Below are positions 38,380 to 50,015 of a stretch of 64,000 nt of DNA, in pieces; the stretch's first letter is position 1; each line of letters begins with the position of its first letter. The position numbers and the translations under genes were made by a program. This DNA is from Camelus dromedarius. Its lineage: Eukaryota. The notes beneath the pieces were generated by a model. The model was not told where the DNA came from. It made no database searches and was given only the letters and a program-made list of their open reading frames with translations. The DNA lies in contig NC_087436.1 in assembly GCF_036321535.1 (NCBI RefSeq), positions 62,188,001 through 62,252,000 on the forward strand, in the 5' to 3' direction.

Positions 38380-40135
38380 CTTACCTCCAACTTTGCCAGT
38401 TCTTTATTTTTGGAAGCTCAAATCATTTCGGTTATTGTAATTTTCAATTCCAGAATTTTTCTGCTTCTTTTTAAACAATTTTTTATCTCTTTACTAATAT
38501 TCTTTATTTGTGAGACATCATTCCCATACTTTTCACTTATTCTTTAAATAGAGTTTTCTTGGTTCTTTGGACATATTTATAATAACTGCCTTAAACTCTT
38601 CATCCAGTTAATCCAAAATGTGGGCTTCTTCTGGGACACTTTCTATAGACTTAATATTTATTCCTTTTGTATTGACAATACATTTTTGTTTCCTTGCATA
38701 CTTCAAGTATTTTTCAACTGGATATTTTGAATAAAGAGAATACAATGATGCTAGAAACCATATCCTCTCCCTTCCCTCTAGGGCTTGTTTTCTTTGTTAT
38801 TTGTTTGTTTAGTGACTTTCCTATACTAGTCTCTATTGTCTTTTGAGACCACTGAAGTCAATTTTCTGTGGCTGTAGTAGTCAGCTGATAATTATTTTCT
38901 TAATACATTTTATAAATTAGTCTTCTACCCATTGCTGAGGGGCTCCTTGTATTGGGCAAGACTTCAAAACACCTACAATTAACAATTTTGCCTTAACCTT
39001 CATTTTCTGCTTACATGGAGGCTCAAGGTCAGAAAAATGTGAGACATTAAAGCCTCAGGTCTTCCCTTAGCATACATACAGCCCTGTACATGCACATGGT
39101 CTCTACATTTCCAGGAATAGGTTAGAACTTTTCCAGATCCCTTAGAGCCATCACAGTCCTAAGATTTCCCTTTTAAGTCTTCCGCCACCCTCTTATTTTC
39201 CTCAACTGGTATCACTACTTTGATGAAAATCCTAAGACAAGAGCTTCCCTAACTGAGCAAAATCTCAGTATTTATAACAGCTATTTACAATAGCCAAGAC
39301 ATGGAAACAACCTAAATGTCCATTGACAGATGACTGGATGAAGAAGTTGTGGCACATTTATACAATGGAATGCTACTCAGCCATAAACAAAAATAAAATA
39401 ATGCATTTGCAGCAACATGGATGGACCTGGAGATTGTCATTGTAAGTGAAGCAAGCCAGAAAAAGAAAGAAAAATACCATATGATATCACTCATATGTGG
39501 AATCTAATTAAAAAAAGACACAAATGAACTTATTTACAAAATAGAAACAGACTCAAAGACATAGAAAATAAACTTATGGTTACCAGGGGGAAAGGTGACG
39601 GGAAGGGATAAATTGGGAGTTCAAGATTTGTAGATAACCAACTACTATATATAAAATAGATATACAAGTTTCTTCTGTATAGCACATGGAACTATATTCA
39701 GCATCTTGTAGTAACCTATAATGAAAAAATAGTATGAAAACGAAAAAAAAAAAAAAAAACTTAGGTCAATTAAAGACAAGTCCCATGAATGGGGCTTGTC
39801 CACAGAGTTGCCAAACAGATAATATAGTTAAAATCCTATGAAGGTGGGACTTTTTAGGAAGCTCCAGGTTTGTGTCACTAGGTGACACATTTCAAAGCTA
39901 CCATGGAACTGGGGAGAGGATGACAGAAATAAGCAAATGGAAACTCCATAAAAATCACTGTTCTTACCATGATTCAGGCATTTTTCTTGAATAAATGCCC
40001 TTCAGATTGTTACCAACCTTTGGTTGATTTCCAGAATTTGGGAAAATGTTGATTTTGATCATTTTTGCCAATATCCTCATTGCTTTTGCAAAGGAACACC
40101 TTTATTAGGCCTTTACCATGTCATTCCAGGTGCTT
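38380..40135 (-). mobile_element. Old L1M 5'-region fragments, interrupted by a younger L1
   Basis: Antisense L1M-like text (CATATTTATAATAACTGCCTTAAACTCTT..., GGTTGATTTCCAGAATTTGGGAAAATGTTGATTTTGA) lies on both sides of the 39269-39759 insert. Confidence 0.5.
39269..39759 (+). mobile_element. Younger 5'-truncated L1 3' end with poly(A)
   Basis: CTATTTACAATAGCCAAGACATGGAAACAACCTAAATGTCCATTGACAGATGACTGGATG...; pure A tract at 39743-39759; possible degenerate TSD AAAATCTCAG / AAAAACTTAG. Confidence 0.9.
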
Positions 40136-41414
40136 CCTCTTTCATTGGGATTTTTATGTCTTTGATATTCTCATTTACTACTTGGGATTTCTGGGACACT
40201 TTAAATCTTGGACTCAATGTGTTTTTCCAGGCTTGTCTCCATCTTGTCTCTGGTAAATACTTCATAATACAATAACACTGAACAATTAATTTATTTTCTC
40301 TTTATTATATTCTAGCTTTGCTTTTGCTATTTCCTCTGCCTAGTTCAGGTTTGCTCACCTTGGTTTTGAATAACTCAATACAGTACATTTAAAAAATAGT
40401 AATTATGCTAAAAATTATAATGGTAGCAGCTAACATTTCTTGATATTCATCATCAGACAGACTCTATTTTAAACACTTTGCATTATCTCAATTAATCCTT
40501 ACAAAAATCTATGATGCAGAAATAATCTAAAGAAGTAATTTTAGTAGACTATTACTCAGATGAAACAAGACTTGTTTAGAGTCTTAATGCACATTTAGAG
40601 ATAGGGAGGAGCATAGATCACTAGCATTATTTTAAATTTGAATTACTAGGTTGAAGTTACCTGATATAGAAGAGGGATGAAGAATGAGTTCTAAAGGCAA
40701 CTCTGAAGAGCTGCTTTTTGAATATGCTGAGTTTGTGAGATGCCCAAGTGAAGAAATTCAGCAACTAATTGGATGTATGAACTTGCAAGGCATGAGAGAG
40801 GTCAATCTTGAAGATACGGGTTAGGAATTATGAACACATAGGTTGTATTTCAAATATATCAGTGGGAAAGCTTGCCAAAATAGCCAATACAATGTAACTG
40901 AAGTCTGGTGATGAAACTTTGAAGATACTCAAAATTCTAGGAAAAGCAAATTGGGGAGAAAAAAAGAGTGGAGAGAGCATGTAATGTGTGAAGAATACAG
41001 ATAATCTGGATTAGCATTAGCTAATACATATAATCTTAATAGTCTCTTCCAGTCTTCATATACTGGAAGGAAAGAAAGAAATGACAAATACAAAGGTGCA
41101 GAGGCTTATGAGTAGACAAGAGGAGATTAAAGTGAGTAGAGAGAAAGAAGTTGGGTGGAAGACCTAAAGAAAATAATGAAGATTTGTAAACATTATCTAC
41201 AGAGAAAGGAAAAGATTGTTGGAAAAGGGTCACCATGTTGTATGTGGTCTATCTAAAGTGATTGCTCATAACTGGATAGTGGTACTAGACTCTTGGTTAT
41301 ATGATTAAATACGCCAGGGTTCTGAACTACAGAAACACAGCAAAGAGCAGATTGAAGTTCTGATTTCAAGATCAAAGAGTGTTCCTTTCTCCACAGTGTC
41401 ATATTTCACTGCAA

Positions 41415-41451
41415 GTGCTCTCTTCCGCAGCACGTGTACTAAAATTGAAAC
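41415..41451 (+). pseudogene. 3'-truncated (tailless) U6 snRNA retropseudogene
   Basis: GTGCTCTCTTCCGCAGCACGTGTACTAAAATTGAAAC matches U6 nt 1-37 (GTGCTCGCTTCGGCAGCACATATACTAAAATTGGAAC) at 32/37. Flanked by CATATTTCACTGCAA (41400-41414) / CACATTTCACTGAAA (41451-41465). Confidence 0.92.
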
Positions 41452-42518
41452 ACATTTCACTGAAAAAACCTTTTAAAAAAAGGAAATAAGAAAGTAAAAC
41501 TCAAAACTATTTAGTACAAAAATATTTCTTGGAGCACTGTATGTTTTTACTAGTCTAAATATTTATTATAGAAAAAAGGAATCAAATCTAGTCAGAAAGA
41601 TGCTTTTTTTTAAAATTACCACTCTTTTTCATGTAATATGAATTCAATTTTTTTATGAGGCCTAAAATATATATATATATATAAATATAAATTTATATAT
41701 ATATATATAAATGATATTTTAACTTGGATAAAAATTAAGATAGCCACATATTAGTTAATTTGCTTTTATTATCAATCAAAGAAAAAATATAAGGCACTTT
41801 TGAATCTATATTATCAGCCACTTGATAACCAAAATTCTAAAATAATATTTTTTCCTTTTTTATTCTATTATTCTATTAAGATTATTTTAAAAATTTGTAT
41901 CCAGAATTTTATTTATTGAAAAAAATACATTATACCAAGAATAGAATTCTTGGTATAGAATTCTTGGCATAGAATTCTAAAGGCTACATAAAATACTATT
42001 CTCTAAATCTTCTTTTCTATGGAAGTCATCAATATTATGATAATCTGAAACTTGAATATGGAGTTAGGCAATAAGGCAGCAGTTATGTTTAATATAGAAA
42101 GACAACTTTATTTTTACAGACATCAATATCAGTTTCTACATAAATATTAACTCAGTTATTTTGCCAATATACATAGTGGCCAGCAGAATGGGTTAATTAA
42201 TGTTTCACAGTCTTTATTAAAATTAAGTTATTTCTTAATGCTGTAAATTTCACAAAGCCATACTAAAACTTGCATATATATGTATTGCCTTTTTAAATTT
42301 TGAATTTAACTGTATTTTTAAGAAATGCAGAAGTCAATCTTTGAGAAATCAAATTTATATTAAATAGTCATAATTAGATTTAAAATACTAACTCTCTTTG
42401 GGAATGTATAAATAACTAATTTAATATTTTGCCTACACACCATATACATTTTTTTTAATTTAAAATAATTCCGAAAACAGAAATGTTAGGATCTAGATAA
42501 AATATTTCTAAGAAGAAA

Positions 42519-42994
42519 TGTATTCATTTCCCAGAAGTTCTGCAACAGATTCCTATAAGGTTGGTGACTCAAAACGACAGAAATTTATTTTCTCATAGTT
42601 TTAGAGGCTAAAATTCTGAAATCAAGGTGTTGGGAAGGCCACATTTGCTCTGGAGTCTCCAAAGAAGAACCTGTTCTTGATTTTCCCTGATTCTAGTGGC
42701 TGTCAGCATTGCTTTTTCATGGACTGTGGCCTTATTATTCCAGTTTCTAACCCTGTCTTCACATTGCCTTCTCCTCTTTGTGTCTTATCCTCTTCTGTCT
42801 CTTGTAAGGACACTTGCCATTGGATTTAAGGCCCACTTGAATATTCTCCTCCTCTCAAAATCCTTAACTTAATCACATTTTGCTGTATAATGCAGTATAA
42901 TATTTACTCTTTTCCCATAGAACACAATATTCACTTGATCCAGTAATCTGGAAATTAATACATTTGGGAGGAGGCATTTTTTCTATTTACCACA
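42519..42994 (-). mobile_element. MaLR solo LTR (MLT1-like)
   Basis: TG...CA termini. AAAACGACAGAAATTTATTTTCTCATAGTTTTAGAGGCTA signature. 5-bp TSD AGAAA / GGAAA. Confidence 0.88.
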
Positions 42995-43499
42995 GGAAAG
43001 AACACAAAACTAATTCCCACTTGATGCATTTTAGTTCTGAGTATTTTGTTCAAATTAACTATCATCTTTTGCCATACAAAATGTTATTATAAACAGTAAC
43101 AGCTATATTTACATCCCACTAATTGAATAATTCAATTAATTGAATAATTAAAAAATTACAAATTATCAATTACCATCTTTAAATTGCTTACAGCTAAGTA
43201 TCAACTGCTGCTATACTTAGCTTCCTGTCTTCAGTTCTCCCAAAATAGAGTTCATTTGAATTTGTTCTTCAACCAATTCATTCTTTATTCAAATTATTCA
43301 TGTAGCTTACTAAGAAATGTAAAAATGTGGGATAACTTACTGAGAGTGTACTGTGCATATGTTTTTCACGTGTTTGTATGTTTGCAAGTCCAAAATATAA
43401 ATTTTATGTTAAAACTCAATGTCTGGATTCATCAAAATACTATCAAGATTAAAACTAAAATAATAGTTAGGAATAAGTTGAATAAAAGAAGCTCATGAC

Positions 43500-43915
43500 T
43501 TGTTGTCTGAAAAATTCAAAATGTTTATGACAAGAATGGAAAAAATTCCTATTTATGGATAAAAAGATGTAATATTATTAAGATGGCATACTCTTAGATT
43601 GACCTACAGATTCAAAAAAATTCCTATTAATTTTTCAGCTTTGTTTTTTGCAGAAATTGACAAACTGATTCTCAAATTTATATGGGAATGGAAGGAACAC
43701 AGAAAAGTCAAAATAATTGTGAAAGACAGGACAAATTTGGAGGACTCAATATTTCCTGAAATCAAAATGTACTGCAAAACTATAGTACTTATGTAAGTGT
43801 AATACTTAGCACATCGGCAGGTATCTACATCAATGAAAAAAAATTTGAAAGTTCAAAAATAAACTTTTATTTTGTGGTCAATTAATTTTTGAAAAGGTGT
43901 CAAGAAAATTCATAT
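43500..43915 (+). mobile_element. L1M ORF2 fragment
   Basis: ORF 43599..43796 translates YRFKKIPINFSALFFAEIDKLILKFIW, a classic L1 ORF2 segment. Confidence 0.85.
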
Positions 43916-44997
43916 CCATATATGTACATAGATATATATATAGAGAGAGAGAACAAGATAGTTTGAAGAAACAGACGTCCATCTTTAGTTTGTATTTTAG
44001 ATCATCTCTGTAAATGACTTTATATTCAAAATCATCTCCTAAGAAATTTTCTTTCAGTTTTTAAATTTTTACAGTGGCTTATTTTAAAAGTATTAAGATT
44101 TGGTTTATATATCATATCAATTATTCCTTTCCAAGCAAGGGAGATATTTTTTACAAATAAAAAGAAAAAGCAAGACTTTCCTACAGAAATCTGTTACATA
44201 GAAAGCATTTTTTAAAATGTATGTTTGAAAATGTTTCCATTGTTAGGTAATTTATACTTAAAATTATGTTTAAATTCAAAAATAAGAAAAGTTGTGTTGA
44301 ATGGGTGAAAAAAGGCAGAAAACTTGAAGAGAAGTATTCTATTCTATGTAAAAATCTTCCAAATGAAGAGTTGCAGTTGGTTTTGTTAACTGTGGTAAAT
44401 GTAAAAGTCAACATGTTTGAGAGAAACTTTTGCAAAACAGGATTTAAGACTGAAAAAGAAGACCCATGATGTTGTGAGCACAGAAAATGATATTGTTCTT
44501 CCAATTGGGTATATGCAACTTTTTATATACCTTTTCCATTTATGGTCACCAGTATAACCAGACATGGACATAAACAAAATTTGGATATTAGAACTTCAAA
44601 TGCTATACACAAACTCGTTATATCAAAATTTTAATAAATTATGATACATAATATAGCATATTCAATCACAGACTAAGAACTACATGGAGTTTATATATAG
44701 CATTAATAAATATTACTTAATACATAATCCAGCTGTATCTTATCCATTAAATGTTTCTGTATGTCTGAGATATCCATAATATATTAGTATAGAAGTATTA
44801 ATGTTTATAATTGATGCATATAAAAATATAAAACTGAGTGTGATAGACTACATTTATTATTGCCAAATATTTACCACCCCTCCCAGAAGGAATTTTATAT
44901 CTATGCCCATTGATATCAATCTTTTCCATGCAATTTTGAATAATGAAATATGAGTGGAGTTACACATAAAGAAATGTTAAAAATTCAGTAATACAAG

Positions 44998-45434
44998 TAT
45001 ATTAGTTTCCTGGAGTCACCATAATAAATTGCCATCAACTGGTAGCTTAAAACAAGAGGCATTTATTCTCTCACAACTCTAAAAATAGAAGTTTAAAATC
45101 AAGGTATCAGCAGGGTTGGTTCCTTCTGAGGGCCCTGAAGGAAAAACTGTCCTGTGCCTCTCTCTTCGATTCTGGTAGTTGTTGACAACCCTTTCCATCA
45201 ATCTAATTTCTGCTTCCCTCTTCATGCAGCCTCGTCACAATGTGTCACTGTCTTCTCTTACCATAAAGACACCAGTCATTGGATTTAAAAGGGCTACATC
45301 TAAATCCAGGATGATTTCATTTTGAGATCCTAAGCTAATCACATCTGCAAAGACTCTATTTCCAAATAAAGTCACATTCTGAGTTTCTCGGTGGATATTC
45401 ATTTTTGGAAGGGGCTCTATCTAACCTAAAAATA
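44998..45434 (-). mobile_element. MaLR solo LTR (MLT1C/D-like)
   Basis: TATATTAGTTTCCTGGAGTCACCATAATAAATTGCC...ACATCTGCAAAGACTCTATTTCCAAATAAAGTCACATTC. TSD ACAAG (44993-44997) / GCAAG (45435-45439). Confidence 0.88.
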
Positions 45435-45444
45435 GCAAGTAACC

Positions 45445-45827
45445 TGTATTAGTTTGCTAGGGCTGCCATAACACAATAATACGACTGGTTGGCTTAAATA
45501 ACAGAAATACCTCACAATTCTGCAGGCTTGAAGTACAAGATCAAGGTGTCTGCAGGTTTGGTTTATTTTATGGTCTCTTTGGCTTGCAGATGGCTGCCTT
45601 CTCACTGTGTCAATCACATGGTCATGCTTATGTCTGCACTTCTGTTCTAACCTCTTTTTATAAGAATATCAGTCATATGAGGTTAGAACCAACCTTTGTA
45701 ACTTCATTTAACCTTAATTAAAGGTTTTTAAAGACCCAAAGAACATACATACTCACATTCTGTGATGCTGGAGGGTTAAGACTTCAACATACGCATTTGT
45801 GGAGAGGCCACAATTCAGCTCATGACA
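45445..45827 (-). mobile_element. MaLR solo LTR (MLT1A-like)
   Basis: TGTATTAGTTTGCTAGGGCTGCCATAACA...CACAATTCAGCTCATGACA. Perfect 5-bp TSD TAACC (45440-45444 / 45828-45832). Confidence 0.92.
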
Positions 45828-45839
45828 TAACCCAAGAAA

Positions 45840-46915
45840 AATGAACAGAGACTGAACAGACGCTTGAAGAAATGAAGATATACTAGTAGCCAATAAACAT
45901 TAAAAAAAATGTCCAATATCAGTACTTATTAGAGAAATGTCTATTAAACCTAAATAATGGGGATGTACTGTTTTGGGCCAACATATACAAAGCTTGGGGA
46001 AATGTTTCTCCATTGTTATAACAAGAAAAAGTTGAACAATTGGAAAATCAACTTTTCTTGGACACACTGTAGAACTGAGGTTGTAGGGCAAATCACCATT
46101 AGGAAATATTGAGAGATGGGTGAATCCAAATAGGCACAGCTGAGATTGGTTTACGTGAAACAGAAGTTGGTAGACCCATGAACTGATAGAAAGACACAAA
46201 TGGTAATTTTGATGGATTGATGAAGTTGAATGTAGACTAGAATAAGCATGGGAAACTGCTAAACGCCTCATTCCTAGAGGTGGGCCCCAACATTTATGGA
46301 TTTTGCATCTAGTAACCCCATCAGGATTTTACACTGAAGATCCTGAAAAAAGATCCTCTCATTTAATGCTCTGGCAGAGGGGGGAAGAGTAATCATTGTG
46401 AAAAACCTGCTACTTTTTCTCCATAAACAGTTCTTACTCTCCAGGGGGAAAAGATTTTACAAAGGCCTTAGATCCTCCTTAGTTGGAGGAAGGGATCTCT
46501 ACTAACTCAAGTCTCCCAATGCCTGCTTGTCTCACCTAAGGATGAGGGGGAAAAAAAAAGACAAAAAGCACTGGAAAAATAAGTGAGAATGTCAGAGAAC
46601 AGAGAAACGCTCACTACAAGGTTGAGATTTCATTATAAAATTCTGGAAAGCTTCCCCTTCCCCTCATCTTACTACCACACCAATAGGGCTCCAGTACAAC
46701 AGCAGTTGATTACAGCTGACAATGTTGTAAGATGCAGACTCTACCTGAGTAGGTCTTAGGGAAACCTAACAACAGAGACAAACAAGGGCACTAGAGGAAT
46801 TTGAAGCCTGTTCCCATCACAGTAACCATGAAGCACAGTCCGAGTCCTAGTCAGATTAATATATATCCTCACACTAAAGGATGTTTACATTCCTCAAATC
46901 CTATTATCTGATGCA
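45840..46915 (+). mobile_element. Old L1 fragments (short ORF2 piece, then L1M 5'-region)
   Basis: ATGAACAGAGACTGAACAGACGCTTGAAGAAATGAAGATATAC is ORF2-like. The following ~900 bp resemble L1M 5' sequence. Confidence 0.5.
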
Positions 46916-47799
46916 ACAGTATATAATTTCTAATTAGACATTTAATGACAAGGTGAATTATACTGAACGACTCTCCGGATCTCGATACTATAAACGTTAC
47001 CCTTTGAGTATCCAAGAATCACAGACTTGGAAATGTGGAAAGGCCATGCATATTATCTGCACCACATTGAACTGAATACCCTGATTCTACTTCAATTTTC
47101 TGACCTCATTCATTCAGATGATAAATGGTCCCTGTTTTTCTGTATGTTTACTGTACTTCAACAAGCTATGTTAATTTTCCAACATTCATGTCGTTTTTAA
47201 CACAATGATGAAAGAATGTCTTTTTAATTGGTAGACCATCTTCATTATTTGTTGGGTTTTTTGTTTGTTTGCTTGTTTGGTAATAGAAATTATAATATTT
47301 GATAAATATTTCCTAAAACTGCTACTGTTGGTTTTCTTATGTATGTCATTCTCCCCTTGTAGTTACAAGTCTACCATTTCAAATGTGTATTAAGCTGTGT
47401 TCACTTTCTTATCCAGTAAATTTCTCCTCAAAGCATGCAAATCTTTGTATATCTCAGAAAATGATAGGAGCCAATTATGACTAAACCACTTGCAAAACTG
47501 ATGCCTCAACTTAGATGACAGTAAATAGTCTACAGTTGAATGCAATCATAAACCCTTAGCCTTAGCAAGAGAAATAAGTGAAAGGTTCTCCCAGAGAGCT
47601 ATAGAACCTCCTCCTGACACACCCCTTCTCATTACATGTACTCATGACTGACCCAAATGTCACCATCAAATCTTTTCAGATCCTGCTTCTGTAGATGGGA
47701 GTATCATTTGAATCTAGAAACCTTATTCCCCCAAGTATATGATGGCTCATTTCTACCAGTGGACAGCAGAAAAGGACAGGAGGCTCAGAGGGTACGCTA

Positions 47800-48010
47800 T
47801 CAAAAGTCAAGTATATTTTACATTGAGAAGGATTTTAAATGTTGCAGCTTTTGTCAGCGCTTTTCCATATTTCATTTTAAAACTCCAAATTCCTGGTTCT
47901 TACACTAGGAATCCAAATCCCCAAACATCATCAGCTCAAAGGGAAAGATCTTATATTTTTAAAGGCATCCAGGGTATACTAATGTAGCCTGTTATTGGAC
48001 TGGCACTCAG
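47800..48010. mobile_element. MER5-like hAT-Charlie MITE fragment
   Basis: CAAATTCCTGGTTCTTACACTAG...TATTTTTAAAGGCATCCAGGGTATACTAATGTAGCC. Confidence 0.5.
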
Positions 48011-48659
48011 AATCCCTGCTCTGTATCTACCACAGCAGTGCCTCATTATCAGAAGGCACTTTCCCCAATCATGGGACTGGAAATCTATGATATAGTGACT
48101 TTCCTCTCGGTAGATAGTCAATTCCCTCACTCTACTCTCTGATCTTTTGTAAATTATGTATCCGTGAGATTATTTTATCATGTATGAGTTTCTGATTTTT
48201 ACTTATGCAGTTATGACAACTTTGCCCTGAATAAATGTGTATAGCACTCATAACATTTCTTTTTACTAGATAATTGGGCCAAATACAAATGTAACTAAAT
48301 TTCAAAAAATCTCTATGGGGAAAAGTAGTTACATGCAGTCTTTTTTACATCTAGAACAGTACCAAAATATCATAGTGCAAAATAAAAGGAGAAATTTAGA
48401 AGAAATAAAAAGCATTTAAGTTTAGCTAGATGTTTTGCCTATGGTCTAGGGAAATAATAATGTGTTTGAAATTAAACAGACTTTTAATCCTGTATTTTTT
48501 GTTTTTACTTTTACTTACAAGAGAGAATTTATTTGAGATTATAATCTTTTACACTTACATAGCATATTCCACTTTTCAAAGTGCTTCCTCTTGAATGATT
48601 TAATTTCCCAGAGGTCAGGATACATCCTGTCTGTATTGAACTTTGTTGTCCAAATGCTC

Positions 48660-49060
48660 TTCAGAGGCTTCAGGGCTTGAGTCTTTGCCCCTGCTGTTTC
48701 CAATTTTTGGAATGTTTTTTACTTCTCTGCACTTTTCTAGGTCTGGTTAGCTCTTACTCTTCCTTTAGTTCCTAACCTATCAATTGTCCCTTCAAGAAAG
48801 TCTTTTCCCACTCCTGCATCTGGTTAAGAACCTTTTGTATTTCGTCCTATAGAATGGTGAATTAGACCTTTATTACCCTGTTTTTATGCAACGCAATTTT
48901 CCAGTCACTGGTCAATCTTTACCAATGAACCATAATAAGATTTTTATAAACTGAGGCTGAGATCTGTTCACCATCTATCCCAGCATTATGTCAGGCATTT
49001 AAAAGGTATTCTATAAAAGGTATTCTATAAAAATCTGCTGAATAAATAAATTCATAAATA
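48660..49060 (+). mobile_element. L2 3' fragment
   Basis: CAGGGCTTGAGTCTTTGCCCCTGCTGTTTCC...TCTGTTCACC...TGCTGAATAAATAAAT. Confidence 0.65.
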
Positions 49061-49434
49061 TAAGTCACAAATCTGAGTGAAGTAAAGGTGTAAGATACTA
49101 ACTATAGCAAGCATACAGCTCAAACAGAAATTCCCTAAAGGAGTCTTCCAAAACACAGGCAGGGAATGCTGCCACATTAAATTGTATCTGAGGGCACCGA
49201 GGGAGAGGAAGAACACATGTTATCATGTCAATTTTGCAAAAAGTAGACACAGTGACAAGGGACATCAATTGACTGGTTGAAGTATTTTGGTATAGGTTTT
49301 CCAAAGCCAAACCTGAGACAAAGTTTAGGTATAGGTGGTAAGAAATCCTAGGGATTATCTGCACAATTTTGCATGTGGTCCCCTGAGAACCTGATATAGC
49401 TTGTTTAACATTTTCCTTTTATGTAACAAAAATA

Positions 49435-50015
49435 ACAATCATGTTACATAACACTGATCAAGCACTTTTTACATGCCAGCTACTGTGTGAGGCCATTTTA
49501 ATGGTTTATCTCATTCAATTTCACAATAACCTTATAGGGTATTTAATATTATTATCCTCATTTTATAGAAGAAAAAAAACTAAAGCTTAGAGAGTTGGTT
49601 TGTGATAGAGAGTATGTAGTCTACAATCTAACAATTTGATACAATTCCTATTTTTACATCTGCTAAGTGTGTGATTTAGTAAGCCTCAGCTTTCAGATCT
49701 ATAAAAAGGTAGTAAGCATCACACAGGTTTGTTTTCATGATTAAATATCATAATGTATGTAACATGTGGCTGGCATATATTATGTTCCATTAATAAGGGC
49801 TCTTATCTCTGATTTTTTTCTCCAGATTAAAAGGTCCATGAAGGCAAGTGTTATACCTGCTTTGTGTATTTTTTTCTCAGTGAACTGAAAACTCTTAAAT
49901 ATGTATTAAATAGCTGAATGATTGAAGTTTCTTATCTAAAATCATTTAGTATGTATTGGAATCAAAACTTAGACAAGTCTCAGGCCAGAATTCATGCCCT
50001 AAAATCATTTGGCTC
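49435..50015. mobile_element. Nested MIR and short L2 fragments
   Basis: Antisense MIR (ATTATTATCCTCATTTTATAGAAGAAAAAAAACTAAAGCTTAGAGAG) is interrupted by a sense MIR (AAGCCTCAGCTTTCAGATCTATAAAA) and an L2 tail. Confidence 0.6.
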
